62,951 nt of DNA, filler included, from Rhabdomonas costata (GCA_019059605.1; 55 parts of 55 records of this genome joined end to end with filler, not necessarily neighbours in it), one strand, 5' to 3'. Positions 36,557-49,999 are shown, counted from the whole stretch's first letter. Translations and numbers: made by a program. The notes: generated from the sequence alone by a model not told the origin.

Positions 36557-38429
36557 GAGGACCGCGTCACCGAGAGTAGCGGAGCACAGGAGGTCGGGNN
36601 NNNNNNNNNNNNNNNNNNNNNNNNNNNNNNNNNNNNNNNNNNTTAATTAATTAANNNNNNNNNNNNNNNNNNNNNNNNNNNNNNNNNNNNNNNNNNNNAT
36701 GTTCGCAGATTCTTCTTGTGTGGCTGTCATGTGCTTCTTCGGGTGGTTCTTGTACATGCTGGTGGCTTTGTGGCCAGAAACCACTTGTGGCAAATGTGAC
36801 AACTGGTCTCACGATGCCACAATTGTCCTACTCATTTGCAGCAGTGTGCACTCAATGGACGGAAACACGCCGCTTTGCGACACCACAACAAACCAGAATT
36901 TTAATCCAGTAGACGTGTTTATTTCTATTTCGGTGACTCGGCAAAATCTGGTAAATGGTGTTTTCAACCAGCATTTTGTACCATCCATGCTCCACCTTGG
37001 AGTTTTTGGTCACGTTTTGACACCTATACCTGAGATTTGGAGTGAATGGAGTATAAGTCCTACTATTGTCCAGCTGCTGTGGTTAAGCTGCTGATTTTTC
37101 TGCTCCATGGCGTAAACTATCAAAATTTTTGTGTGGTGGCGAACATGCTACCCATAAGGACTTGTTGAGAAAAATGTGTGGTACTCTTTCTGGCTTGGTG
37201 ATTTGCCCAATGTTTGCAGCCACATTAGCGGCAGCAAATTATATATGGCAAATCAATTAATACATAAAATTGACCCATTTGCTAGGAAATTACCACGTGG
37301 TGGCAGTAAATGGCATATGCCATGGATAGTGCTATTAAGTTGCGGTGAGGGTGGTGGGTAAGTGAACGGCAGATGCCCGGTGGAAACTACTTTACTTTGA
37401 GCTGAAGTAAACTGCACGTGCACGTGGTGGAAGTGAATGGTAAGTGCAACATTGTGGTGAAAATTGAACTTCACAGTGCGCTAGTTTGTTATGCTGTACC
37501 AGGTCTGTCTCAGTTTCAGCCACTAGAGTGATCGCCAAAAAGCTTGTATTAGAATCTGCTGATAAAGATGACGATGGATCGGGCTGATCCACCAGCACCA
37601 GTGCATTAGAGAGTTAATGCACATGTTTCAGTTCAAAACATCTGCCTTGATCATGAACCACTGAGACGCTTTAGCTTCAGAAAATGGCACATCAACAGGC
37701 AATGGTTCATATCTGTGGCGCAGGACCTGAGTGTTGTGGCAGCGANNNNNNNNNNNNNNNNNNNNNNNNNNNNNNNNNNNNNNNNNNNNTTAATTAATTA
37801 ANNNNNNNNNNNNNNNNNNNNNNNNNNNNNNNNNNNNNNNNNNNNAGTTGGAGTTGGAGTTGAGTTGGAGTTGGAGTTGGAGTGTGTGGGAATGCTGACA
37901 GGGGGTGCAGATGTAGTGGGTATGATACCATATAAAAAGGCCAAGTTGATTGATGGTCGCACTCGTATGCACTCACATGCTCCCTACATGCATGAAGAGT
38001 GCTGCTGCGATTAGGACCAATTTTGGATTTTTGGTTCTAAAATCTTTGTTCCGATCCCCAAAAAAACTTAAAATCCGTGAATTGAACCGTAATTTTGCCT
38101 TCCCATCATGCAAAAACTGCAGTTAATGAATAACGCGAATACATGTGCGTGAATTTGAAGTGCCGAGGTAAATTCGTTGGCTGGGCGTGTAATAGGGAAA
38201 TTATCATCGCGTCTTAAAATTTCGTTGGGAATCTCGAACAGGTAAACACTGTCATTCGGTTTGTTTTCCTTCTGAAGGGTTAATACTGACACGTGATTTG
38301 CTGTCGACTACTAGGAGTACTACTAGGAGTTCGGAATTCCAAGTTGAGGCCCAATTATGCGAGGTTCTGTGGTAGTAGTTAGCAAGTATGGGGTCCGTAC
38401 AGCACCGTTGATCACTGGCTCAGTGCGTA

Positions 38430-38786
38430 TCTGGTCAAGGTGAAGGAGCACGCGCGCATGGGCCACAGCCACCCATGCCTCCTCAGTCACGTCACGAAAC
38501 CTCCCCGGTTTTCAGGGTCTGCTTCCGCGCCAGCTGGCGCACGGACCGCTGCCCAGATTGGCACCACGCCCCTGTTGTCTCGGTGACAACAGCCCAGACA
38601 TCCCAACCCCGCTCCTTGCAGAGCTCGCCGTACTGGCTTGACCTTCTCCTCAGAAGGAGCTTCAGCCGCCGCCCCAGCCGTCACCGCAGCTTGCGCTGGG
38701 CGCGAAGGGTGCAGCGGGTGGACGCGTCTGAGACATCGACGGCCGTTGGCACGTCACAGAAGGAGGGGATAAAGAGGTCGGCGGGC
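38430..38786 (-). mobile_element. Decayed non-LTR retrotransposon, RLE (PD-D/ExK) endonuclease domain, CRE-like
   Basis: Across two frameshifts: PADLFIP..AVDVS / VHPLHPS..GAAAE...EK / QYGELCKERGWDVWAVVTETTGAW..VRQLAR. Confidence 0.75.
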
Positions 38787-39266
38787 ACGTGTTGGGGTGC
38801 CAGTGATGCAGTGACGCGGTGGGCTGCAGGCGGCGAGCCAGTTGCCCACCGCGTCACTGCATCACTGGCACCCCAACACGTGCCCAACCAACNNNNNNNN
38901 NNNNNNNNNNNNNNNNNNNNNNNNNNNNNNNNNNNNTTAATTAATTAANNNNNNNNNNNNNNNNNNNNNNNNNNNNNNNNNNNNNNNNNNNNGGGGGGGT
39001 TGGGGCAGAAAATCAGGCTGCCAAACCAGGTATTGGGAGCTCATACTTCAACAGCACAAACGAAACCATGCTTGTGACGAAAAATTCAGCAAAAACAATT
39101 CGGATCAATTTGACTTCGTCGAACGTGTTCCTCAATGCATGAACCAAACGGCCGCAAGGATGATTCCTCCAAAATCTCACCGCTTAGTTCGCAACAGTTT
39201 GCAGCTTTTCAACACTTTAAACCTTGATATCAAGCCCATTTCAAAACACAAATCAGCACAACAAAC

Positions 39267-39939
39267 CTGTAGTCCTTGGAGCAGAAAAAGCTGATTGCCT
39301 TGCCTCCTTCGCCTGCTCTGCCAGTGCGGCCAATGCGGTGCACGTAGTCCTCGATCGCCGCTGGAAAATCGAAGTTGATGACATAGTGGATGTCCTTAAT
39401 GTCTGCAAAAAACGAAACAACTCAAGGCTTCAAATCGAACGAAAAAACGCTTTTTACAGCACACAGGTTTACGAGTGTCCAGCGTCCAGTGTCCCGCACG
39501 AAGTATCGCAGCACATATAAAATGGAAAGGACAACACCCCAGTACCAAGTCCACGGCCAGCGACACTTGTGGCCACCAGTACCATGCAGCGCCCCTCCTT
39601 GAACTCGGTCAGCACCCACTCACGTTCATCCTGAAAGAATGCGTGCGGGCATGCCAGTGCGTTTGTTGAGCGCATACCGTGAAGGTAAAAAAAACATGTA
39701 AGTGAAAAAGATCGTTTTCCATGCGAACGATCATGGGTCACTCGTTCACTTTCGTTTATGGAATTCCAGGGCGACCGAAAAGCAACGACAGTACCTGCTT
39801 TTTGTCACCGTGCAAACCCAAGGCGGGAACACCTTGCTCACGGAGGGTTTGCGTGAGACCATCACACTTGGCCTTGGTCTCAACAAAGACCAACGTGCGA
39901 TCCACTTTCAAGTCAAAGTCCCTCAGAATGTCCAAGATC
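39267..39939 (-). CDS. DEAD-box RNA helicase (Dbp2/DDX5-like), exons 39939-39795, 39630-39546 and 39402-39267
   Basis: [47 protein letters not shown]; phase-compatible GT-AG introns. Confidence 0.92.
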
Positions 39940-40779
39940 CTGAGTGGGACACCAATTCCTCTTAAAACGTAAGCTTTTTACCCTGATGGCTTCGCATTTC
40001 TGAAGGTGCTTCAGGCACTCCAGGTCTCCCCCACAAAACNNNNNNNNNNNNNNNNNNNNNNNNNNNNNNNNNNNNNNNNNNNNTTAATTAATTAANNNNN
40101 NNNNNNNNNNNNNNNNNNNNNNNNNNNNNNNNNNNNNNNGTGTTGTGGGCGGGCCCCTGTGATCTTGTGACGGCATTGCTGGGTGGCTGCTCGCCCGAGA
40201 GAGGCTGTCTGCTCATATTAATGATGTGTTGGTTGTTGAGGGCCGGGTCATGAACACTTGATGGAAGCGGATTGGCTGCGTCTCGTACCTCTCGTGGTGA
40301 TGTCTTTGTTTGAGTGCTACTGTGAGCTTTGTGTCCCGTATACTGTTTCCTGGAGGGGTTTGTTGACCGGCCCTTTGCAGTGTTCTCGACTGATTTTCGT
40401 CCTATAACAATCACACCACGATTGTTGAGATAATGACTTTGGACCCGTCAGTGGCAGCGACGGTGATGCCAACATAAGATTGCCCTGTAACCGGACATTG
40501 ACCGTGGCGATGGCTGATGATTTGGTTTGCGTTGGTGGCTGCATTGTTAGCATTTGCAAGTATGGGAGCGCAGGGTTTTAATTCGACTTTGAATACATAG
40601 GCCAGTTTGGTGTAAGTGTGGGCCACCTGCGCTGAAGGTCAACACATGGCTCGCCCCTCGGGACAATGTATGCAACGGAAGAGTCTCTTTGATTGAAGGC
40701 GTTTCTCTCTGTGCACTCTTTTTGAAGGAGTACTCATCCTTTCTCCAGCTTTGGAAAACCTGACTCTTTTATTTTGCAC

Positions 40780-41185
40780 ATGGTTCACTCCAAGCGCGTC
40801 AGAGCCAAGCGTGCCAGGCTGGCCGCGAAAGCCGCGAAAGCTGCCAAGGATGCGGCAAAGCCCAAGGGGGCGAAGGGCACCTCCCCGACGCAATCCAAGG
40901 GCTCGGGCAAGCACGTGAAAAATCCCAAGGACAGATCTGATGCGGCAGCCCGTGCCTCGCCGAAGTTTAAAGACGGCAGCTCTCCAGCCTCTCCTGCCAA
41001 GGCAGCCCCACTGCTTACCGGAAAGGTTTGCCTGCACTGCCGGCGGGACTTCACTGTGGGCCTGTTTTCGCCCAGCTACCCCAAGGTGCGCGCCGCCCGC
41101 CCAAGCAGGAAGGCGCGGCAGCTGGAGGTGGAGTTTCCCACTGCGGAGGACGCTGCCGCGGCGCATGCGGAGGGGAAGAAGACCG
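40780..41185 (+). CDS. Basic K/A-rich N-terminus plus divergent RRM (nucleolin-like RNA-binding protein), 5' part
   Basis: ATG at 40780 downstream of a polypyrimidine-CAG; LEVEFPTAEDAAAA resembles RNP1 and the following helix. Confidence 0.55.
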
Positions 41186-41285
41186 NNNNNNNNNNNNNNN
41201 NNNNNNNNNNNNNNNNNNNNNNNNNNNNNTTAATTAATTAANNNNNNNNNNNNNNNNNNNNNNNNNNNNNNNNNNNNNNNNNNNN

Positions 41286-41865
41286 GCATCCGTCACGGCA
41301 TTCACCGAAGGGATATGACCATTGCAGAGGTAGTCCTCAATTGCATAGAGCGCATCCGTCACGGCATTCACCGAAGGGATATGACCATTGCAGAGGTAGT
41401 CCTCAATTGCATGAGTGAGCGGCAGCAAACCGCTTTGGAGAAGGGATCGTGCCTGGCTCGCCGCCGAGCCCGAACCAGCCGCGGCAGCACGTTGCGCGGT
41501 GGTCAACAAGGTGTATAACTGGTCTGGCTTACTCAGTGGCCCGGCTGTTTCCTCAAAGCCTTTCTTCGGCGCTGCTTCGATCTCCTCGCTGTAGAGGAAA
41601 AGCCCGGCAAACTGTGCTGGAGGGACCTTGAAGACCTCAAGGGCCAGGCGGGCACGGGCGAGCCCCTTACAGGTAATCCCCAGCTCCAAAGAAGGCTCGC
41701 CTCGGAGAAGAGCTCTGACGCGGCCTTGCAAGCGAGCGATTGCTTGATGGACAAATTGTGGGTCGCGACCAAGTGCAGGGGTGAGGAAAAGCCTCGAGTC
41801 CCGTATTACTCCCTCGGCATCGGTCAGGAGGGAGAGGAAGCAGATACTCCGCAGGGTGCTGCACT
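41286..41865 (-). CDS. Unknown protein, long exon with a 66-nt in-frame tandem duplication at the contig edge
   Basis: CTAACAG acceptor at 41866; open reading frame; AIEDYLCNGHIPSVNAVTD occurs twice. Confidence 0.5.
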
Positions 41866-42513
41866 CTGTTAGAGGGGACATGTGGTCACATGCATATGCA
41901 CAAAAAACTGAGAAAAACGCTCCCACGTGCTGCTTTTTTTTGAGACGCTGCAACTACAAAAACTGCAGCAGAGGTTTGCACGAGTGTTGCAGTGACAACG
42001 ACACAGAGGCACACACGTGCAGTGGAGATTGGGAAAAAGAGCAAGGGGGGAGGGAAGCATTCATTTTCCAGAAAAGGTAACAAGAGGGCACAACGGAAGG
42101 GTTACTTCCACATGTTCCATCAAATAGTGTCAACAAGGAGCATCCAAGGATTTTCAAACCAGCAAGATGATGATGAGTCGTTGGGGAACATGTCACAAGT
42201 TTCGTCCCTTATCGCACAGTAATAATGGGGACGCTATTGGGCAACACACCTCAGCGTTGACCTCGCGGGAAGAAGGAGAAAAAATAAAGAAAAGGTTGCA
42301 TCCGCAAACCTTCTGGAACGTCACCACCACANNNNNNNNNNNNNNNNNNNNNNNNNNNNNNNNNNNNNNNNNNNNTTAATTAATTAANNNNNNNNNNNNN
42401 NNNNNNNNNNNNNNNNNNNNNNNNNNNNNNNGTGGGGGGGGCACATGAAAGAAACGTTGAGGCTGGATCTGCTACAGCTGAACACAAGTACGAAACTCGC
42501 GCGCAGAGGTTAC

Positions 42514-43235
42514 CACGCAGGTCACCAAGGAGATGTGGCCCAGCACCAGCTGGGGGGGCCCGCTCAGGCCGGGCCAGGGCAAGCGATAAACCTCACCACC
42601 ACGATCGCTGAACACAACCACCCCCGGCCCAGCCGCCACACTGCTGATACGCTTGGAGTGCGGAGGGCTAAGCCGCGCGACCTCCGCCGCGGAGTCTAAG
42701 CAGATCCCCTGCACAACCTAAACCAAGGGACGGGGAGGAGGGATTTCTTCGTTGAGAGGTGAGAATGGAAAGCGGTGCTGACAATAGTTGACTGTTCGAG
42801 GAGTTTAGCTTTACCATATCTATGCGATTCTTGTTTAGGATCCTGAACACCTAAAAAGTGTTCCTGTGAAAGTAGGCACAAGTGCACAGCAGCTATTGAG
42901 AGCAACCCGGTTGCCCATACGACCGTTTATAGAGTCAGCAGAGAGAGGGAAAGTACCTTTCCATCGCCCCCTACCACTGCAAACTTCCGGCACGGTGAGA
43001 CTGCGACATCCCTCAAAATCTGCCCGCAGGGGATTTCCCGCACTCCCTCAAGAGGGGCTGCATCGGCGCTGCCTCCGCTCTCATGTTGCCCCCACTCCTT
43101 CTGCGGCAGTTCCGGATGGGGCTGGGAAGCCCCCCCCACGGGCGCTAGAGCCCACAGGCTGCAGTTGCGCGTCAGCAGCAAGGTATCCCCAGCGGAGCTA
43201 CAACCCCATGCCAGCCGCACCTCCGCGGCACCCAT
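42514..43235 (-). CDS. Trm82/WDR4-like WD40 subunit of tRNA m7G46 methyltransferase, exons 43235-42957 and 42717-42514
   Basis: KRISSV...VVFSDRGGEVY...LVLGHISLVT matches the Trm82 KR..D+.G+VY..LGH+S pattern; phase-0 GT-AG intron. Confidence 0.75.
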
Positions 43236-46200
43236 GGATGAAGAGGAGTCTTCCTGTCATTCCCACCCGGCATTCCCTCCAAACGCTGCCGCTTTTGAAT
43301 CCGACAGCTTATACGCATCCCTCTCCGGAGATTGCCGCTTGGAGATGTCTGATAGGATATCATAATCCCCTCGCTTCCTCAGTCCCGCCACTTCTACACC
43401 CCGGCAAACCAATCATCACCCGTCCCTTACACATACCGAAGCCAAACCCCCACATACTTACATGATCACAAAACCCCNNNNNNNNNNNNNNNNNNNNNNN
43501 NNNNNNNNNNNNNNNNNNNNNTTAATTAATTAANNNNNNNNNNNNNNNNNNNNNNNNNNNNNNNNNNNNNNNNNNNNTCTATTAGTGCCAGGTTTCGACG
43601 GAGATAATCAACGTGTTCTTCGAATGTCTTCAAGAAACCAACAATTTCGTCAACTTAAATGTCGGTAAAGCATGTCATGTTGGCGAACGCGGTATCCATG
43701 GTTCTCAGATAAGTTGCCGATGCATTTTTCAGATCTAAATGCCTCGTTACAGCTGTGTGCTGTGACTGTTTGATACCATATAAATCGAGCTAGAGAAAAT
43801 ACAAGGCTGAAGTGTGTAACGCTGGCCCTGGTGATGCAGAGTAATTATGATGGCTGAAAAATTGGATTGAGTACAGAAATATCGAAGGAACCTGTGACCG
43901 TATGAAGATGACTCTGAACTTTCACTTTCAAGGCAAAACAAATGCAAGTATCGCCGATTCTAAAAGCACGTCGTGTCGATAGAAACCATGCTTCTTTTAA
44001 CCTGCTGCATTGGAATTGGTTGGCTGAGTGAGTAATTCCGGACGTCTGCAGAGTACGCAGTTGCTTGAGAAATAAAGTTGTCGCTACATCTTGAATTCAG
44101 CAAAGCACTTATTGGCGATCGAAAATCTTAACCTCAAAGTAAAGAATATGTTAAGTTTTGAACAGTGGATCTGCTACATCTGGTGGTGCTGCAATGGGAG
44201 CCACAATCCATAATACTTGATTTTGGTGCCTTGAAGTTTGGTGGTGAAAAAATGACAGCGTTGAAGAAGATTTATGAAGGGCCACGTTGCTTCCGTAACA
44301 CCACTGGAAATCAGCGCGAAATGCGGAGCTTGATTTCAAAAGTCCAATGTGTCGACTGTTTTAGTGGAGATACACTGAACGCTGGTCGGATCAAACTTTG
44401 GACCAAGCAACTGTGGTTGCCCATGTGCAACAATGGCAAAACGTGGTTTTCGTGTGGTCGTGCACTTTGTGATGCTTTTGTGGGATGCTGACATGATTTC
44501 AAATTCAGCATTTTTGATACAGAGCAGTCTTCTTCTGCTTTATAGACATCACACTCCTGCGTCATTTTTAGGTAAATTTGGTGTAGCGTACCTTATGTAT
44601 CTCCATATGACTTCCAAAACCACNNNNNNNNNNNNNNNNNNNNNNNNNNNNNNNNNNNNNNNNNNNNTTAATTAATTAANNNNNNNNNNNNNNNNNNNNN
44701 NNNNNNNNNNNNNNNNNNNNNNNGGTGTGGGGTGAGGACCCTCGGCCTCCGCCGCCGCTGCTGCCGCTGCCTCCACGGTGGTGGCCACGGGTGCTGGCGA
44801 CAGGGATGGGCTTCTGCAAAATATGGCACGCAGGATTGAGCACATCGCAGGTGGCTACCGGTTGTGGACCCGTTTTTTTCGGTGAGTGCGTCGGCTGAAA
44901 CTTTCTGCACACGTTTCATTCATTGAGCAGATACGGCCTTTCAAAATTCAGCACAAGGTGGTGGGGGCGGCAGGGAGCGCAAAGTACGCCGAATGAGAAC
45001 ACTGGACGCTGAAGACTGAGTTGGAAAGGAGAAGACGATGATGATCCAAGAGTTCTTCTTCTGAACAACACTTCAAACTTCGGCGACATTAGCAGCTGGG
45101 GTGACGGTCCCAAAAGCACCTCCCGTTCGGCACGCGGCCTTCTCACCCCGTCCTCCGTCTGCAAAGGTTTCATTTCTAACTGAAACAGTGAACAGTGAAA
45201 AAATTCACAGCCAAGCTACCGAAGACACGAGGACAGCCCTGAAAAACAGACCCGTTGCTGAAGGCATGGAGGTGGGGAAGAAAGGCGCGCACACCCGCTA
45301 GGAGCCCGAGAGGTGGAGGAACGGCTCCGAGGCAGGGGCGCGCCTGTAGCGAGAAGCCAGACGTGGGATGGTGGTTGGCTGACAGCATACAAAGCGTTTT
45401 CTCTGATGCCTAGCAGCAAACAGCACACGGGGTTACGAGCAATACAGTGCGGCCTGTCAACAAGGTGAGCAAAAATCAACCCGTATTCACTCCAGTGCCA
45501 AAAGGGCTTATTACCACACTTCCTGCTTGCTACTAAACTCCAGGAAAATTGGGTATTTTGAACAGCTCTCACTGTCTCCTCGCTGTCTGCTTTCCCCCTT
45601 CCAACTTCGTGTACGCATGCATGGAGTTTATGGCAAGCCAGCTGACCCCGGCACTGCCGAAAAGAATGTGTCCTAGGTGTTCTCTGTGTTTGGAACCGGA
45701 ATGCTCTTGCAGAGTCCTGTGCCGCGCCGGCACAGGACTCTGCAAGAGCATTCCGGTTCAAAACANNNNNNNNNNNNNNNNNNNNNNNNNNNNNNNNNNN
45801 NNNNNNNNNTTAATTAATTAANNNNNNNNNNNNNNNNNNNNNNNNNNNNNNNNNNNNNNNNNNNNGGTTGGTGGTTTTTATAAGCAACTGTGGCGGGCCG
45901 GATGCGGAAGAAGGCGTGTACTGCCCGGGCGACCTTTGCGGACTACCAAGTAGCCACCCTCGGAGGCGTGTACTCTGCAACCGTAGAGAGACTACCCCCA
46001 AGGAAGGCGCTCCCTGCCCCGTTCGTGTACTGTGCGGGCTCGGGACCGTGAGAGACCCAAGGCGGTTCTCGAGCCGCTCGACCCACATAGACTACTCAGC
46101 ACATCCTCCTCTGGGGGCGAGTACTCCGGCAACCTAACAACTAAACAGCGGAGACTTCCCCAGGGCAGGGCAGACGTTGGGAGATTGACCGGCCTAGTGT

Positions 46201-48195
46201 GGTCTAGGGTTCCCTTTCTTCTCCCATCCGACTTCGGATTAAAGTGGCGAACGGCAACCAGGAACCGTCACCATGGCTCGCTGACTGTGTTCCACCAGAA
46301 AACGCGGCTGGCTCCGTCCTTTGGCGGTTGCTTTCTTTCGCTGCGGTCGTCTTATCGCGGGCGATTGCACAGCCATTGCAGTGGCTACCGTTTTTATACG
46401 ACAGATCTGCTGAGACCTTCAGCTCCCCTGCTAAGTGGGCAGCTTGCCACCTGGTTTTTGGCATTAGACTCGATAACTTGCTGCGAACTGGAAGAATTGA
46501 CTTTCTTCCTTGCTTTTCTTTACTTTTCACGTTCCGACACCTGACCACGCGCATGTTGGGTTTTGGGCAACACCAAGCGAGACTGCACCAATAACAACCT
46601 GGGCACCTGCCAAAGCCGCATTTTAATCTCTCCTTGTTTTCTTGCGTGTTGCTATTGATGAATTTCGCTCCAGCCGCACCGAGGAATGAACCCAGTCCAA
46701 ATATCTGCCAGAGGCCGAGTACACGAGACAAGGCCGTAGACAGCATTTTCCTTGCTGCGAAACGCTGGCTACACAACAATTTTCGACCGACACATGCTCT
46801 GCACACACGTGTGTTCCTTCGTATACTGCTTTCTGTGCTGGTCTGCCACTAAAATGTCATCTGCAGACTCTTTTGGGTACCGTAAGATGATGCCTAGTGG
46901 GCTTTCTCTGTNNNNNNNNNNNNNNNNNNNNNNNNNNNNNNNNNNNNNNNNNNNNTTAATTAATTAANNNNNNNNNNNNNNNNNNNNNNNNNNNNNNNNN
47001 NNNNNNNNNNNCTTTTCGTTTTTCGGAATTTTTGTACGCTTGTGTGTCCTCGCGACCTTCTGATAAACCCCTGCCCCCTTTCTTTGTATCCACCATGCTT
47101 GTATCACTGCTTACCCGCCATCTGATTCCTTTGAAGTTATTGGCTTCGTCGTATCTACCGGCTGTCTTGCTCTTCATGGGTTTTCCCCTCAGCTCATTTC
47201 GGCACTGACCTTGCTTTTCTAAGCATTGCGAGTGTGGACAAGTCATTTGTCGCTCTCGTGCAGGAGCTCCTCACGCTTTTCCTTCTCGTGGAACACCTGC
47301 GCGGAGGGCTGTGGCGGTGTGCGGTGGGGGGTCCCTCTACGGTAACCAACCACGCCCAAGTGCCACAGCACTCCCAGCACACACCCACACAATGGTCACG
47401 CTTGTGTGGTGGTGCACATCGCTGATGCTCTTTTCCTGTACGGTTTGTGTGGGGTAGGATTCCCGCCTTCACGATGTGTTAAGTGAGTACCATTGACAAA
47501 GAATTCCCCTCTCCACCCCTCCGTCCTCGCGCTCTCTTTCTATCTGTTTCTCTTTCCAGTTTCCATTCTTGCATCTCCCGACGATGTGCCGATGTCAGCC
47601 AGCACTACTTGCAGTCTTGTTTGTGTGATTTTGGTGAGTCCTTCCAGTTCCTCACGGGAGGGAGGGAGCAAAGCTGCTTCTCATATCAAAAGGAGTCCAA
47701 TCCACCGTCACTGTTTAAAAAGCTTTTTAAACCTAAAATAAATAGCTCGCTCTGGGTTTTTGCAGTGGAGACGAAGCAAGCCATCCCCCTTCCTCCTGGA
47801 GAGAGGATGGCGTTGACCGTTTTGGCCGAAGGTTGCAAGTGCAGTATCCATAGTATCCAGAGGGAATCCAAGGGAAGAGGCCCCAGCGTCTATACTTGCC
47901 CTTTTGTTCACAGGAAGCGCACTACCGTGTGGACACACCCGCTCAGAGGAGCCCGACTTGGGGCCGTGCAATATATCCGCACAACTCCCTGTACCTCGGT
48001 GACTATGCATCCAACTTTGGGTCCTACCTGGACAACCCCCCCAAACACACCCACCACNNNNNNNNNNNNNNNNNNNNNNNNNNNNNNNNNNNNNNNNNNN
48101 NTTAATTAATTAANNNNNNNNNNNNNNNNNNNNNNNNNNNNNNNNNNNNNNNNNNNNGTCCTGCTCTGGGGTGATGGCATGTTTACGCTTATTAG

Positions 48196-49045
48196 AGAGG
48201 GCGGTGGCCTGGTGGGTGTCTCCGCGGACCCCCGCTCCTCGTCGATGCACGATCTGCTCTCCGAGATCTGCGCCAGCGAAGCCGCCCAGCTGGCCCGGCT
48301 GCAGCAGCAGGAGCTGAGCTTGCTGGACGCCCTGCTGCAGAACTTCTCGGAATCCTCTGGTGTGGCCAAAACCCACCCACTTGTTGTTTCCGAAAGAGAG
48401 CTTCAATCATCAGTCCTTAACCCTTGATCATCGAGAAGACGTCCTTTTTTGCTTTTCAACCTTTTTAATTGTGAAAAGGTAAAACAGAAGGGCGGGCAGC
48501 CCTCGAGACAATACTGCTGGTTTGCAGTAGCTAAATAAATGTACCCCGTTGGTTTCTTTGGTGTGCTACACGATTGTGGTTTCGAGCGCAAGGGTCCAGC
48601 CTTCAGCCAACAATTTTCCGCATCAACCCCCCCCCGCTCACACAAAAGTCTGCTTCAGTTTCGCATGCATGATTTCACTTTTGCAATGAGCCAAGCAGAG
48701 GGGACCAATAAATTCATTGAAATTATTACTTCTCCATTCTCCACACACGCTTCACAACACAAGCGAAGGAGCACGTGCCCAGAGAGGGAGAGGGAGAGAG
48801 GTATACTGAGTGTTTTGTGTGACACAGCTGAGGCATTGCACAGCCGCAGTGGGCCAGAAGTGAAGGCGGGAGCCATTGGGCAGCCGTGGGCCGATGGAGT
48901 GAAGCAGTTCCTGCGACGGCGGGTGCGGGCGCTGCACCGCGAGTGCGAGGTGGGGCTGCTGGAGCAGCAGCGCAGGGCCGCCCTGCGGGGGATGCGGGAG
49001 GTTGAGCTGAAGCGCAGCGCGGAGCGAGTGCTCGCAGTGGCCCAG
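48196..49045 (+). CDS. Coiled-coil protein, exons 48196-48359 and 48828-49045
   Basis: Phase-1 GT-AG intron; second exon probably ends at a CAG|GC donor. Confidence 0.55.
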
Positions 49046-49303
49046 GCCTGTGAACCCCCACCCCCCAGCACAGGCGCGATTGAGGGTGGGCGGCAGAGGC
49101 TGCGGAGAAGTTTTGTGGCTATGAATCCTTTGGTACTAAAGAAATCGTCTTCGAACATGGTGAGAATATTTTGTTCTGCTCATTAGTCGCGCTCGCCCAC
49201 CCANNNNNNNNNNNNNNNNNNNNNNNNNNNNNNNNNNNNNNNNNNNNTTAATTAATTAANNNNNNNNNNNNNNNNNNNNNNNNNNNNNNNNNNNNNNNNN
49301 NNN

Positions 49304-49999
49304 TGAGTTTTTTCGGCGTCGGAGAATTTCGGGAGGTTCTGGGGCGGAGGGGGGGGGAGCGTACGCGGCCAAGCCCAGCCGGACGAGGTCCTGCGAGACT
49401 GCCCAGAAGGCGAAGATGCAAAACAGCACCAGCGCAGGCAGTAGCAGAAGGGCCAGGCCCACATCTGAGGAAATCCCCACCCCACCCCACCACAAAAAGC
49501 ATAGCACCGCCTCTTGTTGGGCAGGAAAATGGAAACCCACACATGAGCAAAAACACGCATGCCGGTTTCTCACAATTAACTCTTGCTCGCACCATTAACT
49601 CAAGTTTGCGCTTAAAGCAGAGGAAAGAACTGAAACGGAATCCTCTTAATAAAGCGCTTTGCACCCAAACTTACCCCGCCCCCCTACACACACTGGTTGG
49701 ATTGATGGATCGCTCCGCGGTTTGTGAACGAAACCTGGACCGGCATAATTCGGTGCCCCTTCTGCCAAGGAATCTTGTTCTTGCGCTTCTTTTTATGGAA
49801 CGATGTCAAGGTCATCACGTTCACACACGCACACACGCATACACACACCCGCGTGGACGCAGCTGGAGTTCTCGCTCCTGCGCTCCAGAACCTTAGCAAG
49901 GTCAGATACCGAGACAATGGAGGCTACGGCGATCCGGGGGTTCCTGCGGCAGTATTCCGCGATGGTCACGTCGAGCGTCATGACGTGATTGACCAGCCA
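49304..49999 (-). CDS. Hemerythrin C-terminal helix plus tail, exons 49999-49859 and ~49464->49304
   Basis: The exon after a TAG acceptor begins WLVNHVMTLD (the WLxxHxxxxD ligand motif); the downstream exon is hydrophobic or Cys-rich depending on phase. Confidence 0.7.

Noticed and set aside
40390-40433. DFRPITITPRLLR resembling non-LTR reverse transcriptase domain 1
   Set aside because: Immediately followed by a stop, and no other RT motifs are recoverable nearby.
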